Positions 54,270 through 64,000 of a stretch of DNA of 64,000 bases are shown in pieces. Origin of the DNA: Octopus sinensis (taxonomy: Eukaryota). The stretch is from the NCBI RefSeq assembly GCF_006345805.1, contig NC_042998.1, positions 134,044,001 to 134,108,000 on the forward strand, given 5' to 3'. The notes under the pieces are model-generated. The model searched no databases and was not told the origin of the DNA. It worked only from the letters and a program-made list of their open reading frames with translations. How positions within the stretch are numbered: the first letter of the stretch is position 1; each line of letters begins with the position of its first letter. The translations under genes and the position numbers were made by a program.

Positions 54270-55382
54270 TCAAACATGTTTTAATTATTGTAACATTGAA
54301 TGTGTGAACTATGTGCAAAATAGTGTTATGAAGCACTGCATCTCCAAAGAGCTGTGTAATGAAATGGTCTCTGAATCCGAGGTATTTCTGTACCATTCTA
54401 ACGTTCGGTGGTTATCCCGGGGAAAGGTGCTGAATAGTGTTTTTGCCCTGTTTTTGCGAGAGTAGCAACATTGTCACGCAGATTACTCTCGAGAATTCTG
54501 AGTTCATTCTCATTTTGGCGTACATGGCCAATATTTTCGATGTTCTCAATCATCTCAATCGACAGATACAGGGAGTCAACATCATCGAAGCAGAAGAAAA
54601 CCTGAAGGCACACAAAAAAAAGCTTCCTTTATGCAAACGACGAACAGAGAATAACACCTTCGCAAACTTGTAAGGTCGAAGACGTGTCTGGAATTGGAGA
54701 CATTTCTGTACTTGGGGAACTGAAGCAAGCAATTGCCATGCACTTCGATGAGCTCGCAAAGTCCCTCGGCAAATACTTCCCTGCCAGAGAGTCATATCCA
54801 GCATTGGTGAGACACTTTTAGTATTGTGACAGCAGATGTCAACGATGAATACCCCGACGAAATCATTGAACTTCAGTAGAGCCAGTTTCAACAGCAACTC
54901 TTCAGAACAACAACGCTCTCAACGTTTTGGTGTCACCAAATCGTATCATACCCTCTTATTGCTAAGAAAGCCCTTGAGATACTCACACCGTTTGTTACAA
55001 CTTATCTTTGCGGGCAATCCTTTTCGAGGATGGAAGACATGAAAACTTAGAAAAGGAACAGACTTTGTTGCAAAAATTATATGAGAGCGGCACTTGCTAA
55101 AGTGAAGCCGAGCATTTCTGAACTTGTATCTGAAAGGCAACTGCAAAGTCATATTTATTTGCAGTAAATATATTTTTGTGTGAAATTCATGTTTTGTTGG
55201 TTTTGTTCTTTGAACACAGTAATTTTGTGTGCAATTAGTGCATGGTTCATTTTGTGTACTAATAAAACATATACCTATGTTTTGAAGAAATTCTATTTTA
55301 TTTTTCCAATTACGAAGGTTTCAGTGAATGCAGTGATGAATCTTGCGGTGTTCAGTACCTCCAATAAGGTTAAGAACCACTG
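54270..55382 (+). mobile_element. hAT Buster/Charlie-type transposase 3' half
   Basis: LCNEM..FLYHSNVRWLSRGKVL; LAYMANIFDVLNHLNRQIQG..NIIEAEENLKA; 3' TIR AAGGTTAAGAACCACTG followed by CTCTAGTT (NNNTANNN). Confidence 0.85.
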
Positions 55383-55953
55383 CTCTAGTTGCTATGGAAG
55401 ATTTTTGTGGTCAGTTAATGACTAGAATTAATCTAACATTTTTATCTACGAGGCTAGCCAGTTGGCCTTTCAACTAGACAAAAATTTCCGAAACCTGACG
55501 TCGAAACAGGATGTTCGCATCTTTATTCTTTAAATAATAGATAAGAAAGATAGATTACTCTTAATGCTGTATATGGACAAGTTACATGTATGTTTAGGTG
55601 GTCATACACTCTCGTACACACGCAAACAACTGTCTCGATTATGTATTGACTGCTGATCTGAGCAGTTAAATTACCTGCAATTTTTCTTCAGAATAAATTG
55701 TCTAGCCAAAAATAGCAGGTGTGGTTCTATGTTAATTTGCCTAGATCTAAACAATCTTTTATATATATATATATATATCGTTTATTTTATTCTTGTACCT
55801 GATTCAGCCATTTGACTGCGGCCATGCTGGAGCACCATATATATGTATATATTTTGGGAAATAGTTCATGTCACAAAACGTATGTTAATTTCAAATATAT
55901 TAATGTGTGCAGATCTGTGTGCGTGTGCGTGTGTGTGTGTGTGTATATATGTG

Positions 55954-55994
<41 letters not shown>

Positions 55995-56219
55995 GAGTGT
56001 GTGTGTATGTAAGGATGGTCTATATACAGTTGCCCTACAGTATGCATCGTGTAAATCGAGACTCGTATAAAATGGGAGATATACATTTTCAAGTGTATTA
56101 TTACTAAAAAGAAAACAGCCTAAACATATTTATTTATTGAAATAAACAAAATACGATTTTGAAGACTAAATCTTATTTGTCTCACATCTGAGAATTGTAT
56201 GTGTATTTGTGTGTGTGTG

Positions 56220-56270
<51 letters not shown>

Positions 56271-58181
56271 CGTGTGTGTCTGTGTGTGTCTGTGTGTATC
56301 TGTGCCTGTGTCTGTAGGTATGTCTTTTTGGTGTGTGTATGAAGGTCTGCGGGTTCTTTTCGCTTTCCTTGTAATCAGAAGAAACCAAAAATTGTATGTA
56401 ATATGTTGATATAATAATGAACATAATTCTTCCGTTTTGTGATTACGAAGAGCCAGATTCGCTCAGGTTATTTTTATGTCTAAGTGCATATAAACTGAAA
56501 CATTTCGTTGTAAAAATGCATAGACATGTCAAAAATCAATGAGCACGCATACAAACACAATTTTAACTTCAGTATTATTTAATTGTATATTGATTTGTTT
56601 CTTGTAAGCACAAGTTTGATCATTTACAAAGGAGGTGGGTAGGTAATTGAATCACCTGCGGTATATATTCAGTAAATTCGTTCTTAATCCTCAGGAATCC
56701 ATATGGTTGGTGTTTATCTTTTAATTAAGAGCCATTAAGATGATAAAAGAAAATTCTCTCCTAGGATAGCACGCTAGGATAATCGCAGGTTGCGTTTTTC
56801 TGCGAAAAGAATTTCAACTCAAAACTGCAAGTCAACAAAATACACGTTAACCTCTAAACATACACTTTTTTTTCACTTTCCATGCATTAAATTTTTTTAT
56901 AATTTGTTTTGAATCTGTATATAAGGAAGAATAAGTACAGAAATTATTTTGGATCAGTTATGATTTACTTTGAAGTTACTGATAGAGATGATAGTTACTG
57001 ATAGTTAATGATAGAAAATGGGAATAACATCATGAGCGAAGTATTTCGGGTTAGAAATAAGTGACATATACCTCAGAGTACAGTGAACGTATATTTTCGT
57101 TCAAATGTATATTTACTAGACATCTCTGAACGAAAATATACGGGATAATATGTCAAGAAGTTAATTCTAACGCTAACATCGATAAATTATACCACCTTCG
57201 GTAAATTCTAACCCCTCGGTCTTTGTTAAGGGCATACCATTGACTCTTCGATTGATTTTCCAATACTTAGGTCGTCCTACAGTTCTTTATTGCTTAGATC
57301 GTCCTACAATTTTCCCTGTACGACCCCGAAGTAATGAAAAGCAAAATCAATCATGAAGATATTTGAAGGATAATAATTTTGATATGACGAAGCATTCAGT
57401 CCTACTCTGTAATTCGTTAGGTATATAACAGACCTCATTCTAAGGCTGTTATATGCTTGGTATGTCTGTACATTTTTACCGTTACAAGGTAATCTTCAGA
57501 TTCAAGGGAAAATGACACTGTAGTATTTAAAGAGAAGGGGTGGATTTTAAAGAATTTTTATTGACCTTCAATGAATAGATTTTAAAAGTATATCTCGTAT
57601 TCGCGTTGTCTGCTACAATTTGAACAATTCCGTAGAAAGAATACATTAGTGGTGCAGGTGAGAGTAGAAATTCTACATCTGTAAGGAATATAAAAAGTAT
57701 TTCTTAGCAAAATCAAATATAAAGAAAAGAAAGCCTGAATTGAAATAGTCGCCATTTCTTTGATAGCAGGGGTGTACATTCTGGCTGTATTTTACAGTGA
57801 CTAACACCTATGTTTTACACTTTATATCATTACACTAATGTATATGACATAATCACAAGTTTTGCAAAGAAAGATCTAAATCTAATTCTGACCAGCTAGT
57901 TTTTTTCTTTTTATATTTTGCATTTCCTTATCTTCTTTCATTTATTTGTTTCTTTTTCATTTTATTTCTTTATTTTTTTTTTTACTTGTCAACCTGTTAT
58001 TTATAAGATCTTGCGGTACGTAAAATGTTTGGATTTTTTTTTATACTTTCTCATCTATTTTTTTTTTCGTTCTCTTGTTTCATTCTTTTTTTATTTTAAT
58101 ACTTTTTTCTGTTTCTTTATATGTGTGTATGGGTGGAGAGTAAATGCTGACTCTTTAACCAATAAACATTCCACTAAGTGA

Positions 58182-58233
<52 letters not shown>

Positions 58234-59609
58234 AAAGAAAGAAAGAAAGAAAGAAAGAACGGGAAAGAGAGAGAAAACTTTCAATCAATTTGTTAAAACC
58301 TACAGCTACAATTTTTACCGGATGACGTTGCCTTTGACGTTGCCAACGAATGTGTAATTATATTATCGCAGAAAGAAAGGAAATAAGGCACCCTGTTTCA
58401 TTAAGAGCAATTACGGCTCAAAGGAGAGTGGTTGAATCATTTTATCTTCAACTGAAACAAACTCGATAAAAGATTCTTGTAACAAGGTGAAGTAGACAAG
58501 GACGACGAAATACAGTGATGAGACAGAATTCTTCGCAAGACACTTAATCTTCGACACTGAAACAAGATTGATTTATTACAATTCGCTATGTAACGTTATT
58601 GTCTGGCGATTACTTACTAATAACAATAATATTTATGATAATTACTATTGCTGAAGGTGGTAGGTCGGTAGAATGAGTAGATCATCGAATTAAATGTGTT
58701 GTAGCGTATAATCACGTCCCTTTACACTCTGTATTCAAATCTCACAAATGTCTTCGTCGCTCCTCATCACTTTTGGGGTCGATAAAAAATAAAGTAGCCG
58801 TCAAGTAAATATGATCGATATAATCAGCCGCAAAACTCCTCAAGCCGCAAAACTGCATTCATCGTGATCGACATAATATTGTTTCTCTCTGTAAGTTTCA
58901 CAATTTTTTTGCTATGTTTCTGAAAGAGATACCAATACGTGACATTTAATTCACAGTTTCGAGGAGGAACCTATTCGCTAGATAAAACTGTGCTTCTTCG
59001 TTTGATGAGAGCCCTACGGGGCCGTGTCTTCGTTGAACTTTGTGTTTTTTAACTTCATAATTTCATTGAAAAATCATGAATTCCAGTAAGGGTATCATAA
59101 TGTTTGGCATGGAAGATGGGGATGAGGCCTCAAGTTATACAAACAGGAATGGAGATAGGCACTAAAGAATTGCTCAAGACAAAAACAGATAAAACAGCCA
59201 GATAAAACAAAATCATTGACGTCGCAGTCAAAGCTGTTATTGCTTCATTAACGTCACGCTAAAGACATATGGATGAAGAAATTTATATTGCCATTGCATG
59301 AAGGACAGAAGCAGCAACAGCAGCAGCAGCAGCAACATCAACAACAACAATAACATTAACAACAATGACAATAGCAACAGCGACAACGGTGGGACTGCGA
59401 ATCTGTTATCTCTTACATGCGCAGCTACATGTTGGCCCTCGCACTCACTCGAGGGAAAATAGTTATCAGAAATACAAGACGACATCTTGGCTCATGAAAT
59501 GGATGACACGCCCGAGGATGTGAGCAGCACTCAGAAAAGCGCAATTTTCTAAAGAAGCATCAGTTTTAGCGACAAGAAATTGCAGTGTCTGACGACTCCA
59601 GCATCCCTA

Positions 59610-59631
59610 CTTCTACACTACCAACAACAAT

Positions 59632-59724
<93 letters not shown>

Positions 59725-59734
59725 GTTACTGCTG

Positions 59735-59775
<41 letters not shown>

Positions 59776-59860
59776 GTTACTGCTGCTACTACTACTACTT
59801 TTGCTGTTGTTGCTGCTACTGCTACTACTACACTACTACAACTACTATACTACTACTACG
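59610..59860. repeat. (CTA)n/(CTG)n microsatellite
   Basis: Seen directly. Confidence 0.95.
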
Positions 59861-59869
59861 TACGGGAAA

Positions 59870-61300
59870 GCTTCGGGAGCATGCACCTACTGGATGAGGT
59901 TGGTGCGTTTGCAGTGCGGCATCTTGTAAGCAAGTCCATACCATCTAGTAGAAGGAGCTGTCGTTGAACCAAACGTGCGGTGAAGATCTTCGGGATCTGG
60001 CTCGGACTGGACCTCTGGATGGGGGAAAACAGGAAAGTGTTCGCGAGTAAATTGGTCAGTTACACTGAAGAAATGAACTAAGCAAAATCTCTTGAAATAT
60101 CGAGCGAAAGTTGTTAACTTTTATATCGCTTCGTTCGTCTACTATCGCTTGGCCGTTATGCCTTGTCCCAAGAACCACCAAACTAGACTGAATTGGTTAC
60201 TATTTCACGCCTTGTAAGAGGAACAGAATCTTATTTCTTTCTTTATTACCCACAAGGGGCTAAACATAGAGAGGACAGATAAAGGGAATAAGTCAATTAC
60301 ATCGACCCCAGTGCGTAACTGGTACTTAATTTATCGACCCCGAAAGGATGAAAGGCAAAGTCGACCTCAGCGGAATTTGAACTCAGAACGTAGCGGCAGA
60401 CGAAATACCGCCAGGCATGTTGCCTGGCGTGCTAACGTTTCTGCCAGCTCGCCGCCTTTATACACGAAAGGTACAGACGACCTAGGTGGAATTTGAACCC
60501 AGAACGAAAAGACAGGAGAAATACCGCTAAGCATTTCGGTCGGCATGATAACGTTTCTGCCAACTCGCCGCTTCGTAAGAGGAACAGATTCTACGAGAGT
60601 TCTTTTGTCAATAGCCAGTACGAGAATGTGTCCAAATGATATCGCAGCAACACGCTATGACTAGTACTTCTACAGAGATTCTTAAAGAACGACGGCAATA
60701 ATGAACAGGTTAGATATTTGGTATCTACAACGTTGCCACGCACTCACTGTACTCTATTAGCTGGAATGCAATCGGTAGAAAGCAGATCCTCAAATTCTAA
60801 TAAAGTTTAGTGGAGGACTTGAGCATCGATAGCCTGTGACTGATTCTGAACGTCGTTGAGGACAGTCTGAACAGTCTTTCCTGGATGTCTTTCTGGGTGG
60901 AGATTATGGGTGTCTAAAAGTAGTTAACATGGCAGTGCTACAAGGGGAAAAGAGAGATGGGGGAAAGCATTCTTAATATTAGATGGAAGTACCAGCAGCC
61001 TAACCTGTCCGAGAAGCGCTCAGCGGGTGAAAACCGTTCTTCGCGCATTTGTTGCGTTCGTGTATTGCCCACTTGTGGGCTTGTGTTGAACAACTGTTAC
61101 CACATGTAAAGTGGATCCGTCTATCATCTCATATCTGTTATGAAGACCAATTGGCCACCTTCTTTTAACAAGGAAGTGTGGCTAATTTTCCTTTACCTAT
61201 GACGAAGAAAGGTGAGTGTAGAGAAGGAGGAACTGTCTTCCAACGTGTTTTAGGAAGGTTGGGTGAGAGTAACGGGACTAAATAGAGCTATTCTAATTGT
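59870..61300 (+). mobile_element. Decayed L1/Tx1-clade LINE ORF2 3' part, split by a SINE dimer
   Basis: VKIFGIWLG; RAKVVNFYIAS.VYYRLAVMPCP; CPR...KTVL and LWACVEQLL (zf-RVT region). Confidence 0.65.
60232..60574 (-). mobile_element. SINE dimer (head-only monomer plus full family A copy) with 18-bp TSD
   Basis: GTAAGAGGAACAGA(A/T)TCT at 60214-31 and 60575-92. Confidence 0.88.
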
Positions 61301-61440
61301 GCGACTAAAAACAAGCAGTAAGGAACTGGGCGAGGGCACTTCTGATGGATTTGCTGTATCAAAGTAATCTAGGACTTTGTGTGGGAGATTTTGTCCCCAG
61401 AATTAGACGATGCGGGCTTTCCTCCCTCTATTGAAATATC

Positions 61441-61838
61441 CTTTACTACTCTAGACACAAGGCCCGAAATTTTTGGGGAGAGGGCCAGTCGATTAGATCG
61501 ATCCCAGTACGCAACTGGTACTTAATTTATCGAACCCGAAAGGATGAAAAGCAAAGTCGAACTCGGCGAAATTTGAACTCAGAACGTAAAGACAGACGAA
61601 ATGCCTATTTCTTTACTACCCACAAGGGGCTAAACACAGAGAGGACAGACAAAGACAGACCAACGGATTGAGTCGATTATATCGACCCCAGTGCGTAACT
61701 GGTATTTATTTAATCGAACCCGAAAGGATGAAAGGCAAAGTCGACTTCGGCGGAATTTGAACTCAGAACGTAACGGCAGACGAAATACGGCTAAGCATTT
61801 CGCGCAACATGCTAACGTTTCTGCCAGCTCATCGCCTT
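61441..61838 (-). mobile_element. Second copy of the tailA/tailB dimeric SINE with 16-bp TSD
   Basis: TSD CCTCTATTG(A/C)AATATC at 61425-40 / 61839-54; same junction (61605/61606) as 46548-46944. Confidence 0.9.
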
Positions 61839-63381
61839 CCTCTATTGCAATATCAACAAGAAAAATGCTTCTGTTGAAAGAGTTTTTCTTGTTGAAATTG
61901 TTTTCTTTTGTTATCTATTGTTTATGCTTATTTCGCCTTCCCTTTACTCACTGTAAATCCCCACTGATTTGCAATTCGTCCTTTTGTTGTTCATATCATC
62001 TCAGGGTCTTATGGCTAGAGAATTGTGGTGTATTGGTAGTAAATATATAAAGTGCCAGACTAAAAGGATTTCAGTATTTAGTTACATTTTATGTCATCCG
62101 TAAGCACACCTAAATATTTGTGGCTTTGTACCTATGTTAGAAAGGTGATTTGTTGGCAGAATCAGTAGAGTGACAGATGAGGTCTTTTGGAATTCGATGC
62201 ACTATAGCATTTTGCCTTTCGTTTTTCAAGGTCGATAAAGAATCAGTGAAGCATCGGGAGTCGACATAATTAACTATATCTCTTCCCTCAAAATATGTGT
62301 GCTCTTATAGCAAACTTAGAAAATATCATTATTACTATTGTGGATGACATTCGATACCAGAATTAGTTTTGTGACGAACAAAATACTTTACAGGATTTAG
62401 TTTTGCCTTTTTACATTTTGAATTCAAATCTCACGTCTTCAACTTTGCTCTTCATTTTATGAGAAAATCCGGATATAAAAAAAAAGGAAGCCGACCTTAA
62501 AATTGATGTTGATGAGTTTGAAAGGGACTTTCAATCTAGTTCTCTGTTTGTGGAAGTTTCGTTCCGTATTATACTTTTTCTTTTCCTTTTTCTCATTAAA
62601 AAAGTCATGAATAATAATGAATGTATCAATTGAAATAGTTCGTATTGTTTTTATTATAATGCCACCTATTAATAAATATATTATTTTACTTTTCACCTCA
62701 CTTTTTCATTTTGTTTTTGTTTTTTTGTTTTTTCTCTCTCATAAAACTCATGAATATTGATATCTCGCGAGACCAAATTGTCTGTTTTCGTTGAGCTTAA
62801 CGACTACATAAACAATAGGTAAGTTAGTGTTAACATTTTTACAGCAGAGGGCATTGAAAAAGCTAATTAGAAATAAATATGGTTAGGGAGAAAAACGTGA
62901 CATTAGTCACTAGCTAAATACTTTTTCTTTCCTAGTATGTACGGGAGATAATTTCAAACATTTTTAGGTCTTAATCTGATCCCATCAGAAAAGCATAGCT
63001 ATCGTTGTACTTGTTCAAATTGTGGTGAATGAACCACAAACAAAGGGTGAAGTTAATGTTGACATAATAAATGCACGGAGAATTAAAAGACTAACTAAAA
63101 TAAATGTTGAAGAATAAGTCGGTGCCAGTCAATGACTAGAAATAATTTCATTTGCCGAAATAGTGATAAAAGAATCACTAAGTAAATATACAAGACTGTA
63201 GATTTATATATGTTGGAAAATAAAATTGTTTTGAAATTAAATAAACTCTGAAATAAAAAACCTTGTTGCCGATGTTATCGTAAGTATTGCACATGTTCAT
63301 CGGCAAGTTAATGTCGTTGAAATATTGATATTTTAAAACATTTTATTAACATTTACTATTATTATTATTATTCACCAAGAG

Positions 63382-63595
63382 AAGGCAGCGAGCTGGAAGG
63401 AGCTAGCACGCCAGACAAATCCTTAGCGGTATTTCTTCTGGTTCTGTTTAATATTCTGAGTTCAAAATCTGCCGAGGTCGACTTTGCTTTTCATTCTCTC
63501 AGGGTCGATCAAATAAATACCAGTTGAGCACTGAGGTCTATGTAATCGACTTACTCCTTTCCCGTGAAAATTGCTGACCTTATGCTAAAATATCT
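63382..63595 (+). mobile_element. Old SINE family A (tail B)
   Basis: GGCAGCGAGCTGG...GAGTTCAAAATC.GCCGAGGTCGACTTTGCTTTTCATTC. Confidence 0.75.
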
Positions 63596-63701
63596 CGCTT
63601 AGATGAAGTATGAATGTGTGTATGTGTTGCTTAGCTTCAGGTCAGCTTTAAATTCAATACCATCTGCATCAATAATCACAGTGTTATATGTTGGTGGGGT
63701 G

Positions 63702-63798
<97 letters not shown>

Positions 63799-64000
63799 AA
63801 TTAAAATATAAAGCTGTAAAGTGAGCCAATGGCATAAATATAAATATGTTAAGAGAAGTGATGTATGAAACGATGTCCGGAAGACATTCTCAGTTAATTG
63901 AAAATCCCTTTTTAGTTAGTGAATTGGAAACAAAAGATAAAAATCCAGCGCTAATCGTTGGCGACTTTCAAAGGGAAAGGAAAGTAATTTCAAGAAATTT

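Noticed and set aside
58950-59040. TTGATGAGAGCCC-TACG-GGGCC hairpin, possible HHR relic
   Set aside because: The GAAA and stem III half is missing; too decayed to support.
59275-59352. Short poly-Gln frame (MKKFILPLHEGQKQQQ...)
   Set aside because: Stops right after the CAG/CAA tract; no splice support.
62763-62772. TCTCGCGAGA promoter palindrome
   Set aside because: Single isolated motif with no other promoter evidence.

Overview
AT-rich animal genomic DNA packed with microsatellites, tRNA-derived SINEs and decayed transposons. The repeat types most resemble a coleoid cephalopod (Octopus sp.); this is an inference from pattern recognition, not a database match. There is no confidently supported intact protein-coding gene, and most ORFs in the track are simple-repeat artefacts. 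Recognisable elements: two R4/Dong-like RLE retrotransposon fragments in (TAA)n, CR1, RTE, Tx1/L1 and another RLE-LINE relic, a near full-length dead Tc1 with long IR/DR ends, mariner and DD41D fragments, pogo/Tigger and hAT/Buster relics with MITEs, a Chapaev3-like pair, and three or more modular SINE families, including dimers with their own target-site duplications (TSDs). The most striking unexplained signal is a set of short hammerhead-ribozyme (HHR) elements of Penelope/retrozyme type. There are four distinct motifs with canonical cores (3234-3279, 9774-9856, 29566-29610, and 30094-30133 with a mirror copy), a three-copy variant-core family and several relics, most of them abutting (TA)n. 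At 29.35-31.18 kb four inverted duplications sit side by side and nested, and three of them carry an HHR motif or relic. Weak candidate exons and a possible promoter lie at 32.3-37.2 kb.
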